The notes below the pieces were generated by a model. The model did no database searches, was not told the DNA's origin, and was given only the letters and a program-made list of their open reading frames with translations. This document shows positions 54,622-64,000 of a DNA stretch of 64,000 bases, piece by piece. The position numbers were made by a program, and so were the translations under genes. Source of the DNA: Gammaproteobacteria bacterium (lineage in GTDB: Bacteria > Pseudomonadota > Gammaproteobacteria > JBCCGL01); NCBI GenBank assembly GCA_965277715.1, contig OZ255836.1, forward strand, positions 3,488,001-3,552,000. The letters are read 5' to 3'. Positions within the stretch are counted from its first letter, which is position 1, and every line of letters starts with the position of its first letter.

Positions 54622-55449
54622 ATGGCGCTGGTAAAAACAAAACCGACTTCTCCGGGTCGCCGCTTTGTCGTTAAGGTCGTTAACAAAGACCTGCACAAAG
54701 GCGAACCTTGGGCTGGTCTGGTTGAGAAAAAATCCAAAACGGGCGGGCGCAATAATACCGGTCGAATTACCACACGCCATCGCGGGGGTGGTCACAAGCA
54801 ACGCTATCGTATTATCGATTTTAAACGTGATAAAGACGGTATTGGCTCGCGTGTTGAGCGTATTGAATACGACCCTAATCGTACAGCCAATATTGCATTA
54901 CTGGTTTATCTCGATGGTGAGCGCCGTTATGTCCTGGCGCCCAAAGGCGTCAAAGTTGACGATAAATTGATGTCAGGTCGTGAAGCGCCGATTAAACCGG
55001 GTAACTGTCTGCCATTGAGCAATATCCCAGTAGGTACCACTGTTCATTGTATTGAAATGAAACCCGGTAAAGGTGCACAAATGATCCGCTCAGCGGGTGG
55101 GTATGCGCAATTGGTTGCTCGCGAGGGTGTCCATGCGACACTTAGGTTGCGTTCTGGTGAGATGCGGAAAGTGCCTGTAACGTGCCGCGCCACTATCGGT
55201 GAAGTAGGCAATGGTGAACATGCACTGCGTAAATTGGGTAAAGCAGGTGCTAAACGCTGGCAGGGTGTGCGCCCAACAGTGCGCGGTGTTGCCATGAACC
55301 CAGTCGATCATCCACATGGTGGTGGTGAGGGTCGTACTTCTGGTGGGCGTCATCCTGTATCGCCTTGGGGCATGCCGACGAAAGGCTTTAAAACGCGATC
55401 TAATAAACGCACAGATCATATGATCGTGCGCCGACGTAAAAAGAAATAG
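54622..55449 (+). CDS. rplB: 50S ribosomal protein L2
   Basis: [13 protein letters not shown]. Confidence 0.99.
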   Translation: MALVKTKPTSPGRRFVVKVVNKDLHKGEPWAGLVEKKSKTGGRNNTGRITTRHRGGGHKQRYRIIDFKRDKDGIGSRVERIEYDPNRTANIALLVYLDGERRYVLAPKGVKVDDKLMSGREAPIKPGNCLPLSNIPVGTTVHCIEMKPGKGAQMIRSAGGYAQLVAREGVHATLRLRSGEMRKVPVTCRATIGEVGNGEHALRKLGKAGAKRWQGVRPTVRGVAMNPVDHPHGGGEGRTSGGRHPVSPWGMPTKGFKTRSNKRTDHMIVRRRKKK

Positions 55450-55461
55450 GCGGAAATTATT

Positions 55462-55734
55462 ATGCCACGTTCATTAAAAAAAGGACCGTTTGTCGATACG
55501 CATTTGCTCAACAAAGTTGAAGTTGCACATGCTAATAACGACAGACGGCCGATTAAAACCTGGTCTCGCCGTTCAATGATTGTTCCAGAAATGGTCGGAT
55601 TGACGATTGCTGTTCACAATGGTCGCCAACATGTGCCTGTATTGGTCAGTGAAAACATGGTAGGTCATAAATTAGGCGAGTTTGCGCTAACACGACTCTA
55701 TAAAGGTCATGTTGCAGACAAAAAGACGCGATAG
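55462..55734 (+). CDS. rpsS: 30S ribosomal protein S19
   Basis: [10 protein letters not shown] and GHKLGEF. Confidence 0.99.
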   Translation: MPRSLKKGPFVDTHLLNKVEVAHANNDRRPIKTWSRRSMIVPEMVGLTIAVHNGRQHVPVLVSENMVGHKLGEFALTRLYKGHVADKKTR

Positions 55735-55742
55735 GTGTTGAT

Positions 55743-56072
55743 ATGCAAGTAAGTGCCAAATTGAGACACGCGAGAATATCGCCACAAAAAGCGCGTTTGG
55801 TAGCCGATCAAGTACGTGGTATGCCGGTTGAACGTGCATTGCAGGAGCTTCAGTTCAGCAATAAAAAAGCGGCATCAATTACCCGGAAAATACTTGAATC
55901 GGCCATCGCCAATGCGGAGCATAACGAAGGTGCTGATGTTGATGAGTTGGTGATCTTAACCATCTTTGTTGATGAAGGGCCGGTAATGAAACGCTTGCGC
56001 GCACGTGCTAAAGGCCGTGCTAACCGAATTGTAAAACGCACTAGCCACATTACGGTTACCGTGGCCGATTAA
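55743..56072 (+). CDS. rplV: 50S ribosomal protein L22
   Basis: [15 protein letters not shown]. Confidence 0.99.
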   Translation: MQVSAKLRHARISPQKARLVADQVRGMPVERALQELQFSNKKAASITRKILESAIANAEHNEGADVDELVILTIFVDEGPVMKRLRARAKGRANRIVKRTSHITVTVAD

Positions 56073-56091
56073 ACGTTAAGGCGATAAGTTT

Positions 56092-56775
56092 ATGGGACAA
56101 AAAGTACATCCGATTGGCATCAGGCTTGGTATTTCCAGTGACTGGAATTCCACCTGGTATGCAAACAGTCAGGACTACGCAAATTACCTGAATGATGACT
56201 TGCGCATTCGTGAGTTTCTCAAAAAGAAACTTGCTCATGCTTCGGTTAGCCGTATTCAGATTGATCGACCAGCACGTGCGGTTGTGATTACGGTTCATAC
56301 TGCACGACCAGGTATTGTTATTGGTAAGAAAGGCGAAGATATTGAAAAATTGCGCCGTATTATTGCCCCGATGATGGGTATTAATATTAATAACGTGAAA
56401 ATCAATATTGCCGAAATCCGCAAACCTGAACTGGATGCTCAATTGGTTGCCGAGGGCGTTGCCCAGCAACTTGAACGCCGTGTGATGTTTCGCCGTGCGA
56501 TGAAACGCGTTATTACCAACACAATGCGCCTAGGCGCACAAGGCGTAAAGATTAGTGTGTCAGGCCGGTTAAATGGTGCAGAAATCGCACGCCGGGAGTG
56601 GTATCACGAGGGCCGTGTGCCGCTGCATACGCTGCGTGCAGATATTGATTACGGTGTTGCCGAAGCGAATACTACCTACGGCATCATTGGTGTAAAGGTG
56701 TGGATTTGCAAGGGAGAGGTTTTTGATCTCGAACAAAAACGTGCCGCTGATCGCAGCAACGTAGCAGCAAAATAA
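56092..56775 (+). CDS. rpsC: 30S ribosomal protein S3
   Basis: MGQKVHP and [14 protein letters not shown]. Confidence 0.99.
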   Translation: MGQKVHPIGIRLGISSDWNSTWYANSQDYANYLNDDLRIREFLKKKLAHASVSRIQIDRPARAVVITVHTARPGIVIGKKGEDIEKLRRIIAPMMGININNVKINIAEIRKPELDAQLVAEGVAQQLERRVMFRRAMKRVITNTMRLGAQGVKISVSGRLNGAEIARREWYHEGRVPLHTLRADIDYGVAEANTTYGIIGVKVWICKGEVFDLEQKRAADRSNVAAK

Positions 56776-56790
56776 GAGGTTTCGTTAACA

Positions 56791-57204
56791 ATGCTACAAC
56801 CAAAACGAACAAAATTTCGGAAACAGCAAAAAGGCCGCAATCGTGGTCTCGCTGTTAACGGTAACAAAGTCAGCTTCGGTGAATTTGGCTTAAAAGCAGT
56901 TGTGCGTGGTCGTATTACTGCACGTCAGATTGAATCGGCACGGCGTGCCATGACCCGCCATATCAAACGTGGTGGCAAGATCTGGATTCGGATTTTCCCC
57001 GATGTCCCGGTTACCAAAAAACCCATCGAGGTACGCCAGGGTAAAGGTAAGGGTAATGTCGAATACTGGGTGTGCAAGATTCAACCTGGAAAAATGTTAT
57101 ACGAAATGGAAGGCGTATCGGAACAGATTGCGCGTGAAGCATTTCGACTCGCCGCCGCAAAATTACCGATAGCCACTTCTTTCGTAACCAGAACGGTGAT
57201 GTGA
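56791..57204 (+). CDS. rplP: 50S ribosomal protein L16
   Basis: [11 protein letters not shown]. Confidence 0.99.
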   Translation: MLQPKRTKFRKQQKGRNRGLAVNGNKVSFGEFGLKAVVRGRITARQIESARRAMTRHIKRGGKIWIRIFPDVPVTKKPIEVRQGKGKGNVEYWVCKIQPGKMLYEMEGVSEQIAREAFRLAAAKLPIATSFVTRTVM

Positions 57205-57410
57205 TGAACGCGAAAGAATTGCGAGAAAAAGATTTGCCTGGCTTAGAACAGGAATTAATTGCACTGCGCCGTGAGCAATTTAATCTGCGTATGCAACAGG
57301 GGTCTGGGCAGGGTGTACGCCCTCACCAGATTCGCGATGTACGTAAAAATATTGCTAGGGTCCATACGGTTATTAATCAAATGAAAAAAGCGACGGGTGA
57401 GGCATCATGA
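57204..57410 (+). CDS. rpmC: 50S ribosomal protein L29
   Basis: EQFNLRMQ and RKNIARV.T. Confidence 0.97.
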   Translation: MNAKELREKDLPGLEQELIALRREQFNLRMQQGSGQGVRPHQIRDVRKNIARVHTVINQMKKATGEAS

Positions 57411-57658
57411 ATGCTGAGTCAAAACTTCAACGCACCACTATGGGGCGCGTTGTCAGTGATAAAATGGACAAGTCAATCGTTGTCCTGGTTGAACGTATGG
57501 TTCGCCACCCGGTGTATGGGAAATTTATCAAACGCTCTAAAAAAATGCACGTGCATGATGCGGAAAATACCTGCCGGATCGGGGATGTTGTGCAAATTAA
57601 AGAATGCCGTCCATTGTCCAAAACAAAATCCTGGGAGCTGGTGAAAGTTGTCGATTAA
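57407..57658 (+). CDS. rpsQ: 30S ribosomal protein S17
   Basis: VVSDKMDKS and [11 protein letters not shown]. Confidence 0.99.
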   Translation: MNAESKLQRTTMGRVVSDKMDKSIVVLVERMVRHPVYGKFIKRSKKMHVHDAENTCRIGDVVQIKECRPLSKTKSWELVKVVD

Positions 57659-57743
57659 GCCCATTGGTTTAATAATTGATGTGAACTAAACAGACAAATA
57701 TAGATACCATCCGAGAGACTGGCCCAAGAGACTAGATACTGAA

Positions 57744-58112
57744 ATGATTCAAATGCAAACCGTTTTACACGCTGCGGATAATAGCGGAGCTAAAAAAGTT
57801 CAATGTATTAAAGTGTTGGGTGGTTCACGTCGTCGTTACGCGGGTATTGGTGACATCATCAAAGTCAGTGTAAAAGACGCTATTCCCCGTGGTAAAGTTA
57901 AAAAGGGTGAAGTGTATAACGCCGTGGTCGTGCGTACCCGCAAAGGTATTCGTCGGGGTGATGGTTCTGCAATTCGTTTTGACTCAAATGCGGCCGTTAT
58001 TCTCAATGCTAAACTTGAGCCGATTGGCACACGTATTTTTGGCCCAGTAACACGTGAGCTGCGTAGTGAACGGTTTATGAAAATTATTTCATTGGCACCT
58101 GAAGTGCTATGA
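57744..58112 (+). CDS. rplN: 50S ribosomal protein L14
   Basis: ADNSGA and [10 protein letters not shown]. Confidence 0.99.
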   Translation: MIQMQTVLHAADNSGAKKVQCIKVLGGSRRRYAGIGDIIKVSVKDAIPRGKVKKGEVYNAVVVRTRKGIRRGDGSAIRFDSNAAVILNAKLEPIGTRIFGPVTRELRSERFMKIISLAPEVL

Positions 58113-58144
58113 GTCTCGAAGTATTGTGAGCTGAGAATAGAATC

Positions 58145-58462
58145 ATGCGAAAAATAAAGAAAGGTGATGATGTCGTCATCATCTGTGGTAAAGATAAAGG
58201 ACGTCGTGGCACAGTACAAAAGGCTTTGGCTAATGGCCGTTTGATCATAGATAACATCAATATGGTTAAAAAGCATACAAAGGCGAATCCTAACGCAGGT
58301 ATCGCCGGTGGTATTATTGAAAAAGAAGCATCGATTCACGCTTCTAACGTGATGCTCTTCAACCCAGCAAAAGAAGCGGGTAGTCGAGTGGGTTTTAGGG
58401 TGCTTGAAGATGGCAAAAAAGTGCGTTTCTTCAAGTCGAATGGCGAAGTAGTGGACGCTTGA
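58145..58462 (+). CDS. rplX: 50S ribosomal protein L24
   Basis: KKGDDV..GKDKG and IHASNV. Confidence 0.99.
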   Translation: MRKIKKGDDVVIICGKDKGRRGTVQKALANGRLIIDNINMVKKHTKANPNAGIAGGIIEKEASIHASNVMLFNPAKEAGSRVGFRVLEDGKKVRFFKSNGEVVDA

Positions 58463-58471
58463 GGCTGAGAA

Positions 58472-59014
58472 ATGGCACGTTTACAAGAATTTTATAGAGA
58501 GACCGTTGTTCCACAGTTGAGTGAGCAATTTGGTTATGCTAGCGTTATGCAGGTACCGGCGATTACCAAGGTTTCGTTAAACATGGGCCTCGGTGAAGCC
58601 TTGACAGATAAAAAAGTCATCGACCATGCCGTTGGTGATATGTCAAAAATTGCGGGTCAAAAGCCTGTTGTCACCTTAGCCAGAAAATCGATTGCGGGTT
58701 TTAAGGTACGTGACGGTTGGCCTGTCGGTTGCAAAGTCACCTTACGTCGTCAACGCATGTATGAATTTCTTGACCGCCTAGTCAGTATCGCCATACCGCG
58801 AATTCGTGATTTTCGTGGTTTTACACCAAAAGCCTTTGATGGTCGTGGCAATTACAGTTTAGGTGTTAAAGAGCAAATTATTTTTCCGGAAATCGATTAC
58901 GATAAGATTGATGCAGTACGTGGTATGGATATAACTATCACCACCTCGGCAAAGACTGATGAGGAGGCGCTGGCTTTATTGCGTTACTTCAATTTTCCGT
59001 TCAAGCGAAGCTGA
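58472..59014 (+). CDS. rplE: 50S ribosomal protein L5
   Basis: PRIRDFRG and FDGRGNY. Confidence 0.99.
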   Translation: MARLQEFYRETVVPQLSEQFGYASVMQVPAITKVSLNMGLGEALTDKKVIDHAVGDMSKIAGQKPVVTLARKSIAGFKVRDGWPVGCKVTLRRQRMYEFLDRLVSIAIPRIRDFRGFTPKAFDGRGNYSLGVKEQIIFPEIDYDKIDAVRGMDITITTSAKTDEEALALLRYFNFPFKRS

Positions 59015-59026
59015 CTGGTTACATTT

Positions 59027-59332
59027 ATGGCTAAGAACTCAATGGTTGCACGCGAAGAAAAACGTGCAAAACTAGTAAAAAAATACGCTGCCAGACGCGA
59101 TGCGTTACGTGCAATAGTGAAATCTGCCTCTGCTTCATTTGAGGAGCGTATGGATGCCAGTGCAAAGCTACAGGCTTTGCCACGAGATTCCAGCCCTTCG
59201 CGGCAGCGTAATCGTTGCCGTGTTAGTGGACGGCCACACGGTTTTTACCGGAAATTTGGTTTGTCCAGAAATAAATTGCGTGAAGCCGCTATGCGCGGTG
59301 ACGTGCCCGGTTTGGCTAAAGCCAGCTGGTAA
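59027..59332 (+). CDS. rpsN: 30S ribosomal protein S14
   Basis: LPRDSSP.RQRNRC and GL.KASW. Confidence 0.99.
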   Translation: MAKNSMVAREEKRAKLVKKYAARRDALRAIVKSASASFEERMDASAKLQALPRDSSPSRQRNRCRVSGRPHGFYRKFGLSRNKLREAAMRGDVPGLAKASW

Positions 59333-59376
59333 CTCGTTGGCAGTCAACTGCCCGAAAGTAGAGACAGGTAACTAAC

Positions 59377-59772
59377 ATGAGTATGTCCGATCCGATTGCC
59401 GATATGCTAACGCGCATTCGCAATGCACAACAAGTGAACAAAACCTCGGCTTCGCTGCCTTCTTCAAAGCAAAAAGTAGCCATAGCCAAGGTACTTGAAG
59501 AAGAGGGCTACATTAACGGGTTTGAAGTCAGTGATGCTGATGTCGGTAAAATCTTACGCGTTGATTTAAAGTATTTTCAAGGCAAGCCAGTTATCGAAAT
59601 GATTAAAAGGGTTAGTCGCCCGGGTTTGCGGATTTTTAAAAATAAAGATGAACTGCCAAAGGTACTCGGTGGCTTGGGTGTCTCTATTATTTCAACATCC
59701 AGTGGTGTAATGAGTGATCGCCGCGCACGTGCGAACGGACAGGGTGGTGAAGTACTCTGTTACGTAGCCTGA
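59377..59772 (+). CDS. rpsH: 30S ribosomal protein S8
   Basis: [12 protein letters not shown]. Confidence 0.99.
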   Translation: MSMSDPIADMLTRIRNAQQVNKTSASLPSSKQKVAIAKVLEEEGYINGFEVSDADVGKILRVDLKYFQGKPVIEMIKRVSRPGLRIFKNKDELPKVLGGLGVSIISTSSGVMSDRRARANGQGGEVLCYVA

Positions 59773-59796
59773 TAGTCGCTGTAGGTAGATATAAGT

Positions 59797-60330
59797 ATGT
59801 CGAGAATTGCAAAAAAACCGATTTCAGTGCCGGTGGGCACAGAAATCAATATCGACGGTCAAAGCGTAACAGCTAAAGGTGCTTTAGGCACTAAAGAGCT
59901 CATATTGCACAGTGCCGTGAGTGTGAATCAGGACGGCGGTGTGTTGCAGGTAATACCCAACTCTGATGCCAAGGGTGATTTTGCTATGGCGGGTACTATG
60001 CGTGCTTTGCTGAATAACCTGGTCAATGGTGTTACCAGTGGTTTTGAGAAGAAACTCACCTTGATTGGGGTTGGTTATCGTGCACAAATGCAGGGTTCCA
60101 CGCTCAATCTTACACTGGGTTTTTCGCATCCAGTTGAATATTCAGTGCCTGAAGGTATTCAGATCGAAACCCCAAGCCAAACAGAAATTGTGGTCAAGGG
60201 TAGCGATAAACAGGTAGTAGGCCAGGTTGCTGCTGATATTCGCGCTTACCGTCCCCCTGAACCTTATAAGGGTAAGGGTGTTCGTTATACCGATGAGTAT
60301 GTCATCAAAAAACAAGCCAAGAAAAAGTAG
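59797..60330 (+). CDS. rplF: 50S ribosomal protein L6
   Basis: PEPYKGKGVRY. Confidence 0.99.
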   Translation: MSRIAKKPISVPVGTEINIDGQSVTAKGALGTKELILHSAVSVNQDGGVLQVIPNSDAKGDFAMAGTMRALLNNLVNGVTSGFEKKLTLIGVGYRAQMQGSTLNLTLGFSHPVEYSVPEGIQIETPSQTEIVVKGSDKQVVGQVAADIRAYRPPEPYKGKGVRYTDEYVIKKQAKKK

Positions 60331-60342
60331 GCAGATAGTTAT

Positions 60343-60696
60343 ATGGACAAGAAATTAAATCGATTACGCCGTGCAAGAAAAACACGTGCGAAAATAAGAC
60401 AACTGGGTGTTTGCCGGTTGACGGTTCACCGTACACCGCGTCACATCTACGCACAGGTGGTTTCTGCCGATGGTGTTTCGGTGCTCGCTGCTGCATCAAC
60501 GCTTCAGGCGGGTGTTCGCAGTGAAATTAAAAATACCGGTAATGTTGATGCCGCTGCTGTCGTAGGTAAAGCTGTCGCCGATAAGGCAAAGGCAGTGGGT
60601 GTGGAAAAAGTTGCCTTTGATCGATCAGGCTTCCAATATCACGGTCGTGTAAAAGCGTTGGCAGACGCTGCGCGCGAAGCCGGTTTGCAATTTTAG
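60343..60696 (+). CDS. rplR: 50S ribosomal protein L18
   Basis: [12 protein letters not shown]. Confidence 0.99.
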   Translation: MDKKLNRLRRARKTRAKIRQLGVCRLTVHRTPRHIYAQVVSADGVSVLAAASTLQAGVRSEIKNTGNVDAAAVVGKAVADKAKAVGVEKVAFDRSGFQYHGRVKALADAAREAGLQF

Positions 60697-60721
60697 TTTG
60701 GCGCTTTAAAGGGTACTCGCA

Positions 60722-61228
60722 ATGGCAAATGTCGAAGCACAAGCAAATAGTGATGGTTTTATTGAAAAGCTGGTGACTATTAACCGTGTCGCCAAGGTAG
60801 TAAAAGGTGGTCGTCAATTTGGTTTTACCGCGCTAACCGTTGTTGGTGATGGTGCGGGTAAGGTTGGATTTGGTTATGGTAAGGCTCGGGAAGTCCCGCA
60901 GGCTATTCAAAAAGCAATGGAAAAAGCACGTGGCAATATGATTGAAGTCGCGCTTAACGAAGGGACTTTGCAGTACTCCTTAACGGGTAAACACGGTGCC
61001 GCTCAGGTATACATGCAACCGGCATCTGAAGGTACAGGTATTATCGCCGGTGGTGCTATGCGCGCTGTGTTTGAGGCCGTTGGTGTACGTGATGTATTGG
61101 CGAAGATTATGGGTACCAATAACCCTATTAACGTTGTCCGTGCGACAGTTGAGGGTTTATCTGGCATGCATTCCCCCGAGCTGATTGCTGCGAAACGCGG
61201 TAAATCAGTTGAAGAGATAACGAGTTAA
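60722..61228 (+). CDS. rpsE: 30S ribosomal protein S5
   Basis: [10 protein letters not shown] and GTGIIAGG. Confidence 0.99.
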   Translation: MANVEAQANSDGFIEKLVTINRVAKVVKGGRQFGFTALTVVGDGAGKVGFGYGKAREVPQAIQKAMEKARGNMIEVALNEGTLQYSLTGKHGAAQVYMQPASEGTGIIAGGAMRAVFEAVGVRDVLAKIMGTNNPINVVRATVEGLSGMHSPELIAAKRGKSVEEITS

Positions 61229-61232
61229 AATA

Positions 61233-61427
61233 ATGGCTAAATCGGCAAATAAAACGGTCAGACTCACGCAGGTGCGTAGCAAAAATGGTCGACTCAAAAA
61301 CCACAAAGCCTGTCTTTTGGGTTTGGGATTGCGCCGTATGCACCAAACTGTGGAAGTGATCGATACCCCTGAAAACCGTGGGATGATCAATAAAGTAGCT
61401 TACCTGTTAAAAGTCGAGGAAGTGTGA
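61233..61427 (+). CDS. rpmD: 50S ribosomal protein L30
   Basis: LGLRR...DTPENRGMI. Confidence 0.98.
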   Translation: MAKSANKTVRLTQVRSKNGRLKNHKACLLGLGLRRMHQTVEVIDTPENRGMINKVAYLLKVEEV

Positions 61428-61428
61428 A

Positions 61429-61863
61429 ATGCGCTTAAATGAAATAAAACCGGCGGCGGGCAGTAAAAGTACAGGCAAACGCGTTGGACGCGGTATTGGC
61501 TCTGGATTAGGTAAAACCTGTGGTCGTGGCCATAAAGGGCAACACTCGCGTTCAGGTGGTTATCATAAGGTAGGCTTTGAAGGCGGACAAATGCCACTTA
61601 AACAACGGTTGCCAAAATTTGGTTTTACTTCACGCATGGCACGCTACAGCGCTGAAGTACGTTTGCACGAGTTGGCCGGGTTAGATGCCGATGTGATCAC
61701 CTTGCAGACTTTAATTGAGGCCAATGTGGTACCACTGGAAACCAAAAAGGCAAAAGTGATTAAATCGGGTGAGTTGAATAAAGCGGTTAGCCTGCAGGGA
61801 ATTGCTGTCACTGCAGGAGCAAAGACAATAATTGAAGCGGCTGGCGGCAAGGTCGAAGCATAA
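61429..61863 (+). CDS. rplO: 50S ribosomal protein L15
   Basis: GFEGGQMPL. Confidence 0.99.
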   Translation: MRLNEIKPAAGSKSTGKRVGRGIGSGLGKTCGRGHKGQHSRSGGYHKVGFEGGQMPLKQRLPKFGFTSRMARYSAEVRLHELAGLDADVITLQTLIEANVVPLETKKAKVIKSGELNKAVSLQGIAVTAGAKTIIEAAGGKVEA

Positions 61864-61866
61864 ATT

Positions 61867-63216
61867 ATGGCGACTTCAGCGACAGCAATGGGTGGATTGG
61901 GTGGACTGGGCAAATCTGCCGAGCTGCGTTCGCGTTTGTTTTTTGTATTGTTTGCACTGGTTATCTTTAGAATTGGTTCGCATATTACTATTCCAGGTGT
62001 TGACCCACAGGCAATGGCTGCCATCTTTGATCAACAGCGTGGTGGTATTCTGGATATGTTTAATATGTTTGGCGGCGGGGCTCTGGCACGTATGTCGATT
62101 TTTGCGTTGGGGGTTATGCCCTATATCTCTGCATCAATCATTATGCAGTTGATGAGCCATGTTATTCCTACGCTTGAACAATTGCGTAAAGAAGGTGAGA
62201 CTGGTCGGAAAAAAATTACCCAATACACACGCTATGGCACGTTGATATTGGCTACAGTACAGGCTATTGGCATGTGTACTTTATTGAAAGGGCAGTCTTT
62301 TGGTGCAGTACCAGTAGTCTATATTGGTGGAATAAGCTTTGTGGTAACCGCGACGGTGACATTGGTGACTGGTACGATGTTTTTGATGTGGTTGGGTGAG
62401 CAGATTACTGAACGCGGTGTAGGGAATGGAATTTCCATTATTATCTTTGCAGGTATTATTTCAGGTTTACCGTCAGCAATAGGGGGCACTTTGGAGCTGG
62501 CGCGCACAGGTGAGTTGTCATCTTTTGTTGTTATTATTTTGTTCTTTATGGCAATTGCAGTGACTGCGTTTGTGATTTTTGTTGAGCGTGGGCAACGCCG
62601 GATAACGGTTAATTATGCCAAGCGCCAACAGGGACGTAAGATGTATGCGGCACAAAGTAGTCATTTACCGCTTAAACTGAACATGGCGGGTGTTATTCCA
62701 CCGATCTTTGCTTCGAGTATTATTCTGTTTCCGGCGACGATGGGTGACTTCGTTAGCAATGCCGAAGGGCTTGGTTGGTTGCAGAATGTTGTTGCAACCT
62801 TGCAGCCGGGGCAGCCTTTGTATGTTGCCTTTTATGCAACGGCTATTATGTTTTTTTGTTTTTTCTATACCGCATTGATTTTTAATGCGCGTGAAACAGC
62901 CGATAATTTGAAAAAATCAGGTGCGTTTATTCCTGGTATTCGCCCTGGCGAGCAAACGGCAAAATATATTGATGGTGTATTGACACGGCTTACACTTGTC
63001 GGTGCTTTGTACATTACGGCTGTTTGTTTGTTGCCAGAGTTTTTGATTCTATTCTGGCGGGTGCCATTCTACTTTGGTGGTACTTCACTGCTGATTATCG
63101 TTGTTGTGGTGATGGATTTTGTCGCTCAGGTTCAATCACACATGATGAGCCATCAGTACGACAGTCTGATGAAAAAAGCTAATTTAAAAGGTTATGGTTC
63201 GCGAGGTCTCCGCTAG
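61867..63216 (+). CDS. secY: Preprotein translocase SecY
   Basis: [24 protein letters not shown] and GGTSLLI. Confidence 0.99.
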   Translation: MATSATAMGGLGGLGKSAELRSRLFFVLFALVIFRIGSHITIPGVDPQAMAAIFDQQRGGILDMFNMFGGGALARMSIFALGVMPYISASIIMQLMSHVIPTLEQLRKEGETGRKKITQYTRYGTLILATVQAIGMCTLLKGQSFGAVPVVYIGGISFVVTATVTLVTGTMFLMWLGEQITERGVGNGISIIIFAGIISGLPSAIGGTLELARTGELSSFVVIILFFMAIAVTAFVIFVERGQRRITVNYAKRQQGRKMYAAQSSHLPLKLNMAGVIPPIFASSIILFPATMGDFVSNAEGLGWLQNVVATLQPGQPLYVAFYATAIMFFCFFYTALIFNARETADNLKKSGAFIPGIRPGEQTAKYIDGVLTRLTLVGALYITAVCLLPEFLILFWRVPFYFGGTSLLIIVVVVMDFVAQVQSHMMSHQYDSLMKKANLKGYGSRGLR

Positions 63217-63240
63217 GAGGCTGTACGTGGGAGAAATAAG

Positions 63241-63354
63241 ATGAAAGTAGGGGCTTCAGTTAAAAAAATTTGCCGCAATTGCAAGGTAGTGAAACGCAAT
63301 CGTGTCATTCGCGTGATATGTAAAGATCCTAGACATAAGCAGCGTCAAGGCTAA
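63241..63354 (+). CDS. rpmJ: 50S ribosomal protein L36 (not in ORF track)
   Basis: [37 protein letters not shown]. Confidence 0.97.
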   Translation: MKVGASVKKICRNCKVVKRNRVIRVICKDPRHKQRQG

Positions 63355-63419
63355 TCACGTTAGAAGGCGTGCGTGAAGCATTATTCTTCACTCCGCTGAA
63401 ATAAACAGTTGTTTTGTAT

Positions 63420-63448
63420 TTGAGTGAAATGGATCACTTGCGTATAAT
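63420..63448 (+). promoter_or_regulatory. alpha operon promoter
   Basis: TTGAGT-17-TATAAT upstream of rpsM. Confidence 0.65.
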
Positions 63449-63512
63449 TCCGCGCTTTTCGCTTTATTGAAGCAGGCGAAACAAACAGTCAAAAATCGGG
63501 AGTCATTTACTG

Positions 63513-63869
63513 ATGGCACGTATTGCCGGTATCAATATACCGATGAACAAACATATATGGGTTGCACTGACGTCAATTTACGGTATTGGTCGAACCAGTG
63601 CGTATAAAATTTGTGGTAGTGCATCAATCAATCCAGACATAAAAGTACGGGATTTATCTGAGAGTGAAGTGGAAATTTTGCGTGGCGCTGTGGCTTCCTA
63701 CACGGTTGAAGGTGATTTGCGTCGTGATGTAGCGATGAATATCAAACGCCTAATGGATCTCGGTAGCTATCGTGGTATTCGCCACCGCCGTGGTTTGCCA
63801 ATGCGTGGCCAGCGGACCCGTACCAATGCGCGCACTCGTAAGGGTCCTCGCAGACCGATTAAGAAGTAG
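63513..63869 (+). CDS. rpsM: 30S ribosomal protein S13
   Basis: MARIAG and [14 protein letters not shown]. Confidence 0.99.
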   Translation: MARIAGINIPMNKHIWVALTSIYGIGRTSAYKICGSASINPDIKVRDLSESEVEILRGAVASYTVEGDLRRDVAMNIKRLMDLGSYRGIRHRRGLPMRGQRTRTNARTRKGPRRPIKK

Positions 63870-63899
63870 TAGCACTTACGGATTTATTGAGCACAAATT

Positions 63900-64000
63900 A
63901 TGGCCACCAGCAGCTCCAGTAGTAAAAAAACGAAACGAAGTGTTTCAGATGGCATTGCCCATGTACACGCATCGTTTAACAACACGATTATCATGATCAC
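63900..64000 (+). CDS. rpsK: 30S ribosomal protein S11, partial (window end)
   Basis: ..[15 protein letters not shown]. Confidence 0.95.
   Translation, partial: MATSSSSSKKTKRSVSDGIAHVHASFNNTIIMI

Noticed and set aside
48229-63996. Antisense and alternate-frame ORFs across the ribosomal operons
   Set aside because: Shadows of highly conserved genes

Overview
64 kb of a gammaproteobacterial chromosome, in five blocks. (1) 1-10.9 kb: accessory metabolic and regulatory genes (LysR regulator, Na+/alanine symporter, stand-alone PqqD, enolase-superfamily enzyme, FMN-riboswitch-controlled ribH, ArsR plus permease, Nudix, TauE, PaiB) mixed with small repeats and gene remnants. (2) 11.2-20.0 kb: a very large type I-F CRISPR array (143 repeats, 142 spacers) with an intact-looking leader. 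No intact cas gene is in the window, but the leader is preceded by a decayed cas6f/csy4 3' end that the ORF track misses. (3) 20.6-29.1 kb: cbb3 oxidase operon (ccoNOQP-orf-GHIS), divergent from fnr. (4) 29-48 kb: RadC/JAB protein with an Rpn-like tail, two intact and one disrupted toxin-antitoxin loci, class I fumarase, coiled-coil OmpA protein, AOR with two MoaD/ThiS genes, tRNA-Thr, RidA-Rieske-DUF1028, and a VWA-ECF sigma cluster. (5) 48.3-64 kb: str, S10, spc and start of alpha ribosomal operons. At least three families of small non-coding repeats or MITEs recur in the accessory part. All calls come from reading the sequence; no database searches were run.
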